From Octopus vulgaris (Eukaryota), in NCBI GenBank assembly GCA_951406725.2, contig OX597816.1, positions 134,292,001-134,356,000 of the forward strand: 64,000 nt of DNA, written 5' to 3'. Position numbers and translations under genes: made by a program. Below, one piece after another: positions 39,594 through 52,309 of this stretch. The notes beneath the pieces were generated by a model, which saw only the letters and a program-made list of their open reading frames with translations, searched no databases and was not told where the DNA came from. Position 1 is the stretch's first letter, and each line of letters opens with the position of its first letter.

Positions 39594-39695
39594 TGCACAG
39601 AATCATCGGATTTCGACAACAGGAGATGGAACAATGGGAGGTGGGGGAGGACTTGGTAGCCATGATTATTTCCACAACACATCTGCTGATTTTAA
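39594..39695 (+). CDS. Host gene exon 11 (AQNHRIS...GGGGGLGSHDYFHNTSADF)
   Basis: tttcag acceptor, AA|gtgagt donor, phase 2/2. Confidence 0.85.
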
Positions 39696-40376
39696 GTGAG
39701 TTGGACCTATTGCTATTTCTTTAGACATGTTGAATTATTAAGTTATCTACAAAGATTTTAATGTAACTGATATTCAGACATTGTAAACCATAGTTTGAAA
39801 GAGAAAAAGAGCAGGACCATTGTTTAGGTGCAATCATGTATCTTTTGCTTGCAGGATACCTGCCATTCCTTCTTGGTTTTCAGTTAAAAAGTCAATGCTT
39901 AGAACTTCTCCACCAGTGCTGCACTGTATTCTTAACAGCACTAAACTATTTGTAACTCAGTGTTTTTAGTTCTAAGTAGTATACTGATATGTGTCTACTC
40001 TAAGATGATGCAGCACTGCATAACTAATGAATGTTTTATTAATTTTGTACAACTAAGCTCAAATCCTTATGTAAACCTTAGAGAATGAAAAACCTCCTTA
40101 GTATACCTACTAAGCATAGTATTTCTTTCTTGTTACCTGAAGCATATATGTATTGTCTCTTTTCTCATTACAGTAATGTGCCTGTAACAGCACTGGAGAC
40201 ACTAAGCTTAAGTCACTATGCTACAAATACAAAACTTTATTTGTCACTGTTTGTGCATACATAAACTTTAATATATACAAATAGTTTTATACAAATGTAT
40301 CTACATGCACTTAAATACAACTTTCATGTTCTTGTACATTGTATTAGAAATACATTTTGATTTCATATCTTTTCAG

Positions 40377-40514
40377 GATTTCAGAGACAGATTTTATTGA
40401 ATACTCTGAAATTGAAAACCATGATGATTTTTATGAAATTGAAGGAGAGAGAATATATATTCGAGATCAACAAGGCCTCTATATCATTTACGATGAAGCT
40501 ATTAATGATTTTAA
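40377..40514 (+). CDS. Host gene exon 12 (ISETDFIEYSEIENHDDFY...YDEAINDF)
   Basis: tttcag acceptor, AA|gtttgt donor, phase 2/2. Confidence 0.85.
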
Positions 40515-40849
40515 GTTTGTACAAATACATTATTTTTTTATGATTATTTTTGATCTTAGTAATCATTGCTTATGCTTGCACCTTTGCTACATGCCTGTCT
40601 GTGACCTTTAGTCTTATGATACAAAACATCGTTTGAAAGAGTTCATACTTGAATTAGATATTCTTATTTCGTGTAATAAACTTTTGTAAAATTTTGTTTC
40701 AAACACTAGCTTAATAAAAATGTTAGTAGTGTGTGTGCATGCATCTGTGTGTGTGCATGCATCTGTGTGTGTGCATGCATATGTGTGTGCACGCATGCAC
40801 ACAGCATGCAAAAGAACACAAAGAGTTGTTTCTGAGTTTTTTTTTTCAT

Positions 40850-41056
40850 ATACGGATACAGGAACTCTTCAGATTTTCCCCAAGAAAACGAAATGAAATG
40901 GAATAAACTAAAATAAAATGAAGTGACATATTTACTTAGTTACAGTCTACTGCAATTCTGAACCACTATATGAAAAATCCTTAAATATAATTTTTATTTT
41001 ATTTCATTCCATTTAATTTCATTCTCTTGGAAAATTTGAAGACTTTTTGCATATAG
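40850..41056. mobile_element. Degenerate MITE with ~70-bp imperfect TIRs
   Basis: tcttcagattttcc.caaga...aaatggaat...aaaataaaa mirrored by ttttatttt...attccattt...tcttggaaaatttgaaga. Confidence 0.55.
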
Positions 41057-43070
41057 ATAAACTGAGATGAAACCCATTTCTTCTGGCTAACATTATCATT
41101 ACCAATATACTATTCTGTACACAATCATAAATGTTTTAATCATATATACATCATCATCACCATTATCATTTAACGTCTTGTTTTTTTGTCTTGAGAAAGG
41201 GACTAATGAGAGTGATGTCATTAACATTTCTCTTGAGTAGTTGTTCATGATTGCAAGGAAAACATGCAGAGAGCGATATCCTAAGGACTAACAATCTACT
41301 GAGAAAAGACTAGTGGTTGGTACAAGATCTCATGGGGACACCACAATGCAATAAGTAAAAGTGAGTCAGGAGTTCCTGAGTAGAGCTGTCATGAAACCAG
41401 CTGAGTTTGAGGAGTAGCTGACTCTGCATTAGTGGTAGAGAGAGAAGACTACCTCTGTCACTAAGGTTTGGAGTATATTTGTGAGCATTTTTATGCTAAA
41501 AAGTCAAGTAACTTTTCTTTGTGCATGATCTATGATATCTGTGTGTGCAGGAGTAGCATCATACCAGATGTGAGGGTAGTACTCCATTGTGGATCTCATG
41601 AGCTTTATAAGTGGTGAGTATTTTGTTGGGGGATACCCATGTGATGCCGTCTTTACGTGTTGAAAATGTGCATTGGTTAGGAAAGATCTTCCAGTGATTT
41701 TGAGACCTAATATTTGATGTAATCAAGAGTGTTCTAGTTGTATACTATTTATGTTTGGGTGAGGGTGTGATAATGTTTTCTTGATATGAGCAATGATTTT
41801 GTCATTTTGCTGTTGAATAAAACGAGATTGGCATGATTATTGGAGGACATTTTGGAGGAGTCTTTTCATGGAGATATTGCAGATTTGAGTTGAGGTGTCT
41901 TAGGTGCATACGATTAGGAAGAAATAAAGAGTGACATCATTTGAATAGCAGTAGGTGTTGTTAAAGTGACAGCAAGTGAATAAACAGAAAAAAGAGCCCA
42001 GTAGATAAAACCAAACCCCGGGAAGTAGCAGAGTTGAAAGCATGTGGATCAGATAGTACTAGATCAGCATGCTGCAATACTGTGATGACACAAGAAACTA
42101 ATGATCCAACATTTGAGAGATGAAGGAAATCCATAAAGAGAAATTCTTTTAATTGACATGGCTTAAAGCTTTGCTAATGCAGAGAGCAGCAAAGCTTTGC
42201 TGATGCTGAGAGTTGTCACCAAATTTATTGATGGTGAAAGCCTATTGGTGAATGGTGTATAAAGCAGGTCTCCAGTTGGTCTGACTTTGCGAAACACCAT
42301 ACTTGTAGTCATTGAGGTAAAAGAGAGATTCAAGATGTTGAGAATTTTTTTTACTAGTGGCTGTCTCTCTATCATTTTAAGATATTGGAAGTTATATGAG
42401 TTAAGTTACATGCCATGAAACATAGTCTGTGACTACAGAGGACATGCAACGGCTTAAAAGAAATGGAAGATATTGGAAGAGGAATAGTTGGCAATGCCAG
42501 AGAGGTTGCTCTTTTGAGGATGGAGATATACTCATCATCATCATCATCATAATCATCATCATTTAATGTCTGTCTTCCATGCTGGGATGGTTTGACTGGA
42601 GCTGGCCAGGTAGAAGCCTGAAGCAGACGTGTGTGTCTGTTTTGGCAGGGTTTTTACAGCTGGATGTCCTTCCTAACACCAACCACCCAGCAGAGTGGAC
42701 TGAGTGCTTTTTTTACAGGGCACAAGCACTGTAGTGCGACTTCTTCCAAATGTAGTGGGTTTTTTTTTCTTTCTTTCTATTTTTTTTTATGTCTGAATTC
42801 CTACAGCATAGTTTAGAGGGAATTACTTAAGGTACTTTAAGCTCCGAATTTTGGTTGCATGTGGAAATCTGGAGAAACTTGTGTAAGAGCATGGTTTCAG
42901 TCACCTCCCTAACTATTTCTCTGTGTGTGTATGTGTGTAAATATGTTTGTGTGTATGTGTGTGTACATATATGTATGTATATGTATATATGTAGTCAGAT
43001 ATTTCACTTTAATACTGAAACTATTAAAGTGAAACTAATATCTCACATATATACAGGCATACATACATAT

Positions 43071-43132
<62 letters not shown>

Positions 43133-43229
43133 CGGGGAGCTTTATGAAAATAGACAAAAGACGAAGGCAGGTAGAAAACAAACAAACAATTGTATTAGTA
43201 TGGCGCTCAGGAAATATAAATAAAACAAG

Positions 43230-43267
43230 TCTTTAACGTTTCGAGCCTACGCTCTTCAACAGAAAGA
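43230..43267 (-). ncRNA. Candidate minimal type-I hammerhead motif (A6U variant), Penelope-like
   Basis: UCUUU-CUGUUGA-A-GAGC(GUAG)GCUC-GAA-ACGU-U-AAAGA. Confidence 0.55.
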
Positions 43268-43410
43268 TACACAGAGAGAAAAAAAACACAGAAAGAAGGA
43301 GAGAAAAAAAATGCGTGCAGTGGATATATATATATATGCATACATCTGCACATATGTGTATATATATATATCATCATCATCATCATCATCGTTTAACGTC
43401 ATATATATAT

Positions 43411-43453
<43 letters not shown>

Positions 43454-43627
43454 TAGATAGATATGAGAGGGGTGATGTTAATTTAATTAATGTCCAATTT
43501 CTCACCCTCATTTTAAATTTATATATAGATAGATGTATATGTATAGATGCATATGTATAGATGTATATATATATAGATATATATGTTTATATATGTATGT
43601 ATATATATATATGTGTATGTGTGTATA

Positions 43628-44890
43628 TCATCATCATCATCATCATCATTTAGCATCCGCTTTCCATGCTAGCATGGGTTGGACGGGTCAACTGGGGTCT
43701 GTGAGGCTGGAAGGCTTCGTCAGGCCCAGTCAGATCTGGCAGTGTTTCTACGGCTGGATGCCCTTCCTAACGCCAACCACTCCGCGAGTGTAGTGGGTGT
43801 TTTTTACGTGCCACCTGCACAGGTGCCAGACAGAGCTGGCGAACGGCCACGAACGGACGGTGCTTTTACATGTCACCGGCACGGGGGCGAGCCGAGGCTG
43901 ACAACGAACACGAACGGATGGTGCTTTTACGTGCCACCGACACGGGGCCAGACAGAGCTGGCAAACGGCCACGAAACGGACGGTGCTTTTACGTGTCACC
44001 GGCACGGGGGCCAGCCGAGGCTGGCAACGGACGTGAACGGATGGTGCTTTTATGTGCCACTGACACGGTTGCCAGACAGAGCTGGCAAACGGCCACGAAC
44101 GGACGGTGCTTTTACGTGTCACCGGCACGGGGGCCAGCTGAGGCTGGCAACGGACACGAACGGATGGTGCTTTTACGTGCCACCGACACGGGGCCAGTCA
44201 GAGCTGGCAAACGGCCACGAACGGACGGTGCTTTTACGTGTCACCGGCACGGGGCCAGGTGAGGCTGGCAACGAACACGAACGGATGGTGCTTTTACGTG
44301 CCACCAACACAGGGGCCAGGCAGAGCTGGCAAACGGCCCGGCACGGGTGCCAGACAAGACTGACAGCGGACACGAACGGATGGGTCACTTAACCCCTGCT
44401 TTCTGATATATGATTTGATTTTGATTGTTCTCACTGGTCTTGCCGGGTCTTCTCACGCACAGCATACTTCCATAGGTCTCGGTCTCTGGTCATTTCCTTG
44501 GTGAGACCTAGAGTTCGAAGGTCGTGCTTCACCACCTCGACCCAGGTTTTCCTGGGTCTACCTCTTCCACAGGTCCCCTCAACTGCCAGGGTGTGGCACT
44601 TTTTCACACACCTATCTTCATCCATTCTCGCCACATGACCATACCAGCGCAATCATCTCTCTTGCACACAACATCTGATGCCTCTTAGGTCCAACTTTTC
44701 TCTCAAGGTACTTACTCTCTGTCAACTATGAACACTGACATTACACATCCAACGGAGCATACTAGCTTCATTTCTCGCGAGCTTACGCATGTCCTCAGCA
44801 GTCACGGCCCATGTTTCACTGCCATGTAGCATGGCTGTTCGTACACATGCATCATACAGTCTGCCTTTTACTCTAAGCGAGAGGCCTTTA
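43628..44890 (-). mobile_element. RTE LINE 3' fragment with a 9-unit alternating ~61-bp array in the 3' UTR
   Basis: RWYGHVARMDEDRCVKKC..RGRPRKTW; tail (GAT)n; array 43797..~44345. Confidence 0.9.
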
Positions 44891-45366
44891 GTCTATATAT
44901 ATATGTATAAATATATGTATGGATATATGTGCATATATATGCGCGTACATATATATGTATGTATATATATGTGTACATATATATGTATGCATATATATGT
45001 ATATATATAGAATTATATGTAATATGTACACATAGACCCCAGTTGAACCGTCCAACCCATGCCAACATGGAAAGCAGACGCTAAACGATGATGATGATGC
45101 TGATGATATACACACATATATACATGCATATATATATTTATACATATACTTTTGACATGTAATACTGAAATAGTGTAAGAGATAAGCGATTGCTCTGGGC
45201 TCACATTAGGCAAGAAGTTGAAATTTTTTGGCCCATGATACTAGATGGACCCTAAGTAAGGCATGTTAAAAAATTTGAATGAAATCGGTTGTGTAGTTCT
45301 CGAATTTTAGGGATTCACACAGACAGACAGACAGACACACACACACACACACACACACATTCTCAT

Positions 45367-45395
<29 letters not shown>

Positions 45396-45397
<2 letters not shown>

Positions 45398-45820
45398 GGA
45401 TTCCAGGTATTAATGCATTACAGCTGTTTCAGGCAGCTCCATTTTATCGATCAATACAAACATTACTTCAATTTGAAATAAACCTTTCTCCTTGGATGCA
45501 TGCAACCCTATAGATTTGCAACATACAGGATATTCCATTATAATTTTTTAGCCAATTTTTCATCAGTACTAGGGACTAAAATGCATTGCTTCTTTTTGCT
45601 ATTATTGTAGCAGAATGAATTTAGGGAAAGAATACCTAAAGCCTACTATAATTTAGAGTGGCAGAAGGAAATAATGGGGGTCAATAAAGAGGAATGTTGA
45701 TATAGCTACATTCATTTTTATCCTTATCACATTCAACCCAATGCAGCATTGGGTCTGCATTGATCGATTAAATTGAGCCACTTGAAACAGCTGTAATGCA
45801 CTAATACCTGGACATCCTTG
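45396..45820. mobile_element. MITE with ~65-bp imperfect TIRs
   Basis: AGGATTCCAGGTATTAATGCATTACAGCTGTTTCA matches the reverse complement of TGAAACAGCTGTAATGCACTAATACCTGGACATCCT. Confidence 0.75.
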
Positions 45821-46380
45821 TTACTTATTTGCTTTTTATTCACCTAACTTTGAGCTGTGCAGACAATACTGGACAGACTTGGTGCCTCAACCTAAGTACC
45901 TAATTCGACTAAATCTTAATTATTTATATATATATATGTATATGACAGGCTTCTTTCAGTTTCTGTCTACCAAATCCACTCACAAGGCTTTCCTTGGCTT
46001 GAAGCTATAGTAGAAGACACTTGCCTAAGGTGCCATGCAGTGAGACTGAATCTGGAATCATGTGATTGGGAAGCAAACTTCTTACCACACAGTCATACCT
46101 GCACCTATAAAATTGGTGAGATTTGATCTCAGATAGAAGAGGGTAGAATAAATACTGTAAAGTATTTATTCTAACACTCTAATGATTCTGCCATTCTACC
46201 AACCATTGTATGTTGAAATTGATTTTATCTTGGGAGGGTCATTTTGCCAATAATCAACATATGCACTGATTCTGTTTTAATTTAATTTCAACATTTAGCC
46301 AATTAATTAATTGATACTTTGAGAAATATAAGTAGTAAAGGAAAACATTTTAAAGTCAAAATAAATTCTTTCTTTTACAG

Positions 46381-46492
46381 GCAACTGGAAGAAGATCTAT
46401 TGCTTTTGGCTTCTTTCTACATTGAGAATGATAAAAGCATCAGAAGCCAATTTGTTGACGGCAAGAAATATTCTAATACTGATAGTGACACG
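46381..46492 (+). CDS. Host gene exon 13 (QLEEDLLLLASFYIEND...); 3' boundary uncertain
   Basis: ttttacag acceptor in phase 2; the best phase-0 donor near the 3' end, ACG|gtctct, is weak. Confidence 0.7.
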
Positions 46493-47289
46493 GTCTCTAA
46501 ATATTTTCTGATATTTAATATGCATTAGCAAATTTGTTAATTTCATGCCATATATTTTTTAGCCTTTGTTCTCAGTTTGTATGAGTGAGAGGGTTTACAA
46601 GAACTGTACTTTTACATAGTGTCTGAGTATTTTTTTTTTACAACTGAAAGTATTTCCATAAGTTAGAAATATAGTTAAAGAGGGAAATGATAAAACATAA
46701 TATGCTGACCAAAATGAAAGAGAGGACAAAAGTACATCGCTTAGTAATATTGATTTCAAGTTTTGGCATGAGGCAAGCAATTTCAGGGGAGGGGACAAGT
46801 CGATTACACCTGCCCCAGTATTCAACTGGTACTTATTTTATCAACTCTGAAAGGATGAAGGGTTAAGTTAACCCTGGCAGAATTTTAACTCAGAACATAA
46901 AGAGAGACGAAATACCACTAAGCATTTCCATGGCATGTTAATGATTCTGCCATTTTGCCACCTTACACCTCTTAGCAAAATTGCCAGAATTTTTTAAAAA
47001 CCTACTATACAGTGAATATCTGGTCAGTTGTACTGCATCCAGGATGAAATCCGTCGACTTGACAATGTCCCTACATTTCTTTTTTAATCAAATAATATAG
47101 ACTTTCCTGGAGAGGTTCAACAAGGATGTTTGCATTCAGGTAAATGGTACTTAGTTGAAACCTTTCAACATGGATGCTGGACTTCAGAAGAGATGTGTAT
47201 TGCCACCCCACCTTTTCATATTTTTTTTTAACTGGATTGACATGTGCAGCTGTTTGTGGAAGTGATAGCACAATCAGTGGGTAAAGAAT

Positions 47290-47880
47290 TGGTTGGTTGA
47301 TATTTGCAGACAACATGGTGCTTTTTGACTCATCAGAAGATAATCTTTAGCATACACTGAATGGGTTTGCTGTCAAGTGCGGCAAAGTAGGAATGAGAAT
47401 TAGTGTTGTGATGACTAAAACATTAGTCCTCTGAAGAACAACTTCCCAGTGCACTCTGCATGTTAGTGGAAGATCACTGAAGCAAATGGAGAAGTTTAAG
47501 CATCTTGGGGGCTGTATTTACAAGTGATGGGAAGCAGGAGGATGAATTGGATGCTAAAATTGCAGATGCTAGCACAGTAATGCACCACCTCCATCATTCA
47601 ATCCTCAGAAGAGAAAAGGTTGATAAAAAGTCCAAACTTGCTCTCTTTAATTCAGTTTTTGTGCCTATTCTCACCTATGGTCATGATTATTGGGTAATGA
47701 CCAAAAGAATATTTTATTAATACAGATGGTTGAAATGGGGTTTCACTGAAGAAGCTTTGGTGTGACATTACTTGACAGGATGCATAGCCCAGTGATCAGG
47801 GTGTCTTTCCAGATTGAGCTGTTACTTTTCCTCATAGAAAGGTCGCTTTTTCAATATTATGAACAGGTGATAAGAATGAC
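47290..47880 (+). mobile_element. Degraded RT fragment of a second RTE-like LINE family
   Basis: IFADNMV (xADD), QMEKFKHLGAVFTSDG, FVPILTYG. Confidence 0.75.
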
Positions 47881-47987
47881 AGAAGAATTTCGCTAAATTT
47901 AATATTATATAATTATATTATTGCTCTATTGTTTTGAAAAAAAACATTTCCTGAGAAAATTAAAAATTCTTTTTCTTTATTTATCAG

Positions 47988-48101
47988 TTGATACCAGAAA
48001 ATTTTAATATTCCTCAATATGCTCTTATGCATATTGACAGATTTGGAATTCTCCTGGATTTATGGACTCAAGAAGCTGCCTTTCAAAATTGTAAACGAAA
48101 T
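47988..48101 (+). CDS. Host gene exon 14 (LIPENFNIP...HIDRFGILLDLWTQEAAFQNCKRN)
   Basis: ttatcag acceptor, AAT|gttagt donor, 114 nt, phase 0/0. Confidence 0.85.
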
Positions 48102-48539
48102 GTTAGTATAAATTCTTATTAATAGCATCTTATATAGACTCACAGTCCAGCTTTGTGATAAACTGTTAAACTTTTAATGTATGGGTATTAGATATTATAA
48201 GCACCAATTTGAGACAGAAAGGGAACAGGTTCAATGAAAAATATCTAAACCATATATCTATTGCTTGCTGAGCATTATTTTTCCATCCTAAATTAGTGCT
48301 TATAATGTTTAATAGCAATTCGAAATTTGATTGCAAACATAGGATACTTTGCTACATTGGACATTAAGTAGTTTATCCTACCAACTCTAATGGGCTGACA
48401 AATTATTTGTAGAGAGAAAATAGAGCAGTTAAAATAGAAGAAACAGTTGTTAACAGTTTGGGAAGATGAAATGCAGAGTGTTCTGTAGTCATGTAATTGT
48501 CTGCATTTCATCTAGGCTAACTCTTTCCCTAATTAGTTG

Positions 48540-49435
48540 GGCTATGACTCTCCATAACTTTCATCACCTTATCCAACAATTTGATACCTCTGTAATTATT
48601 TCTATCTAAGGCATCACCTTTGCCTTTTTAATAGTTGACTACACCAGTCATTGGGTATGACTCCTTTGGGAACCACCTGATTTACAATATGGGTGACTAG
48701 ACATAACCCACACACATATATAAAGTAGTTACATGAGTTAAGTTACATGACATGAAACATAGTCTGTGACTAAAGAGGACATGCAAAGGCTTAAAAGAAA
48801 TGAAGCCAGCATGTTCTGCTGGATGGGTAATGTCAGGGCACATGTACAGCAGGGTGTAAATGATTTAATAGAAAATTGGGTACAAGTGGCATCAGTTGTA
48901 GCATACAAGAGAAAAGAGTATGCTGGTATGGTTATGTGATGCATATGGATGAAGACAACTGTATAAAGAAGTGTAATCTCTAATTGTGGAGAGAACATGT
49001 GGAAGGGGTAGACCCAGGAAGACATGGGACAAAGTAGTGAGAAAGGATCTTCAAATATTGGGCCTCATGGAGGAGATGACAAGGGACTGAGACTCCTGCC
49101 GGTTTGCTGTGCTTGGAGAAGACACGTCAAGCTAAGTAATACTATGGCCATCCATACATACAGGTGTATCTTCTACATCACTCTCATGCAAAAGTTCCTC
49201 CCTTTGAGGACTCATGGGTGCTGGTATCATGTAAAAAGCACTCATGCTGGTGCCATGTAAAAAGCATCCAGTACACTTGTGAAGTGGTTGGCATTAGGAA
49301 GGGCATCCAGCCATAGAAGCTATGCTAAAATAGACAATTGGAACCAGGACAGCACAGCTCCCCAGCCAGTCAGTTCCTGTCAAGCCATCCAGCTCATGCC
49401 AGCATGGAAAGCAAATATTATGTGATGATGATGAT
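48540..49435 (+). mobile_element. RTE LINE copy with an inverted 5' segment (48540..48712 -, 48740..49435 +)
   Basis: The - part matches VTHIVNQVV..IPNDW..GKGDALDRNNYRGIKLLD; the + part matches the RT C-terminus, 3' UTR and tail. Confidence 0.75.
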
Positions 49436-49693
49436 TCTCTTGAAGGATCAGCTGATGTTCATGTATTTTACCAAATAAATCTTAAATACTTTGCTCATAG
49501 TGATAAAATTCTCTTGATTATTTAACCTGGATTTTAATTTCAGTGTCTAATTTTGTGAGCTAGCCTTTTAATGTACTAAAGTTGTGGCTTTATTAAATAT
49601 TTATTTTCTTATTAATTATGTGATAAATATATGACTCATAAATGTAATTATGTATGTTTTACATATTAAATTCACTTCCATATATTTTTGCAG

Positions 49694-49897
49694 TTGATTA
49701 GGTGTTATTTTGAAGCCTACTGCAATGTCTTTGATCGAGATGAGAAGCGACTTCTTGCTCAGACAATTACCAATATTATGTTTCAAAGACCACGTTACAT
49801 GTTTAAACGATGTGACTATTTCATCCAAATTTACTACTCTGAGTGTGTAAATCTTCAGCTCCATATAGATCTTGTTCAAGCAATTCTTAACCAGCAA
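49694..49897 (+). CDS. Host gene exon 15 (LIRCYFEAY...VQAILNQQ)
   Basis: tttgcag acceptor, CAA|gtaagt donor, 204 nt, phase 0/0. Confidence 0.9.
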
Positions 49898-51155
49898 GTA
49901 AGTTTCTCAAAAGAAATAATTTTTTGCAAAAAAAAAGGGATTTATTTATGTATATGATTGTTTTCCTAAAAAAAATATTGAATTTTGTTATGGATGTAAT
50001 GGTTTTTGTAATTCTTTGAGTTTTAACAAACAGACCTTATCAAAGACCTTACATACAAGATTATTCTGTGGTTAGTCTTGGTACTTGGTTGTGTATCACA
50101 AAGCCCAGTACAACAAGCAAATTAGAGTTCAGTCTAAGTCTAGTATACAACATCTTTATCTTCTATCTTTTATCGTTTACTTGTTCCAATCATTAGACTG
50201 CAGCCATGCTGGGGCACTGCCTTGAAGAATTTTTAGCTGAACGAATTGACCCCTGTTCTTATTGTTTTTAAGCTTGGTACTTATTCTAATGTCCAGAAAT
50301 TATTTCATTTTTGCTGTAACAGCAAAGTATTGCAGCCAAACTTATGGCACCAGGTGGAAGTTCATTGTTATTAACAATGGACTTGTTATTAATATTGTTA
50401 TTACTAGGCTGGCGAATTAGCAGAATCATTAGCATAGCATGCCAGACAAAATGCTTAGTGGTATTTCTTCTGGCTTTATGTTCTGATTTCAAATTCCACC
50501 AAGGTTGCCTTCACCTTTCATCCTTTTGGGATCAATAAAATAAGTACCATTTGAGCTCTGGGGTAGATGTAATCAACTAGTCTCTCCCACAAAACTTCAG
50601 GCCTTGTGCCTATAGTAGAAATAATAATTATTTTTAGTATTATTGTTATTATCAAAGTTCATTGCATCATCAAGCAATATCATTGTCATATCATACTAAG
50701 TTTATCCAAGTAAAACTGTAGTTGTGGGCAGTCTTTCACATTCAGCAACTTTATTCAACTGAATAGCCAAACCCTGGCATTGAACAACTGGTAATCACCT
50801 TAAATAATCTTAACCAATACGTAAAGCACATGCAATGCTCCAACAATATTAGCATAACAATGACATCACAGAAACCTGAATCATTAATTCTCTGCAATAT
50901 ACAGTATTCTGTTGATCTTTTATCTTTAACTTGTTTCAATCACTTGACTGTGGCCATGCTGAGGCATCGCCTTGAAGGGTTTTAGTCAAACAAATTAGAC
51001 CCTAGGACTTATTTTTTTGAAGCCTAGTATTTATTCTATTGTTCTCTTTTGCCAAACCACTAAGTTATAGAGGTTGTAAACACACTACCACCAATTGTCA
51101 AGCAGTGGTGATGGACAAATGCAGACATGCATGTGCACACATGCACACACACAGT

Positions 51156-51190
<35 letters not shown>

Positions 51191-51468
51191 CAGTCTTCAT
51201 TTAGTTTCTGTCTACCAAATCCACTCACAAGGTTTTGGTCAGCCCAAGGCTATACTAGAAGACACTTGCCCAAGGTGCCATTCAATGGGACTGAGCCTGG
51301 AATCATGTGATTGAGAAACAAGCTTTTTACCACACAGCCACGCCTGCACCTGAATCAAATCTTTCTAATGAAAGCCACTATTAGTTTCCTCAAATTCTAA
51401 TAATTATCTTTAGTTATGGCTTCAATTTTTTTTCCCTGAATTCCTATGGATTTTTCTTGACTGGTTAA

Positions 51469-52076
51469 CCCTTTAGCATTTCAATTACTCTGTCAAATGT
51501 AATGTTTTATTTTCTTTTTACTTGTTTCAGCCATTAGTCTGGCCATACTGGGGCATGTTTTGAATTAATTATGCACTATTTCATAGCTTTGAGATTTCAA
51601 TGATGGAATTCTTTATTTTTAGAATTATGTTGTTGGCTAGGTGCGGAATGTCAGATGTTGCTGGTTTGAACATAAAACAAGTAGAATATATGCATCAGAT
51701 AAAAGGGTAAAGACCCATTTGGTCATGAATGACCATAGGATTGTACTTAGAAAGTTCCCTTCCAAAGCACAAATCCAAGCAAATTTGTTTATGGAAGACC
51801 AGCAGTTCCCCATACATACCAGCCTTCACTCTCCATGCCACTGATGTTGTCCAAGGGAAAGACAAAGGCTAAATCAGCTCGGCAGCAGTGATGTTGCAAC
51901 TCATTTCTACAGCTGACTGAACTGGAGCAACATGAAATAGAGTATCTTGCTCAAGAACACAACACACAACCTGGTCTGAGAATCGAACTCACTACCTCAT
52001 GATTGAGCCCAACACTTTACCACTGAGCCATGCACCTTCATATGCACCAGATATGGCCAGTTTAGATGCTAAAAGG
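51469..52076. mobile_element. piggyBac-type MITE carrying a nested SINE
   Basis: TTAA|CCCTTTAGCAT ... ATGCTAAAAGG|TTAA; SINE 51704..52040 flanked by tatgca(t/c)cagata duplication. Confidence 0.75.
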
Positions 52077-52205
52077 TTAAGCATCAATTGATTAAATTTT
52101 GAAAATTTGACAATTATTGATTATCCAGTTTAATGTAAAATTTACTGCCACTTCAAATTTTAGTTTAATGCTTCTGTAACTCCTTTTATACCTTTCAATT
52201 TCTAG

Positions 52206-52309
52206 ATTGAAGATGATAGAGAATATATTCAAAAATGTTGTCGAACACGATCAAATGGCATGCCACATCCTATTAATGAACAAACATTAATTAAAATTCA
52301 CACCAACAA
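52206..52309 (+). CDS. Host gene exon 16 (IEDDREYIQKCC...IHTN)
   Basis: ttctag acceptor, AA|gtaagt donor, phase 0/2. Confidence 0.85.

Noticed and set aside
41190-42480. Possible very old LINE RT remnant on the - strand
   Set aside because: Only faint motif traces; boundaries and family cannot be supported by eye.
43797-44345. CRISPR-like look (conserved box every ~61 bp)
   Set aside because: The intervening parts are themselves repeated (two alternating types), the array lies in a LINE 3' UTR of a eukaryote, and no cas genes are present.
43679-44392. 237-aa ORF and overlapping ORFs; likewise those at 5278..5746
   Set aside because: Open frames arise from a GC-rich tandem repeat antisense to a LINE UTR; no splice or domain support.
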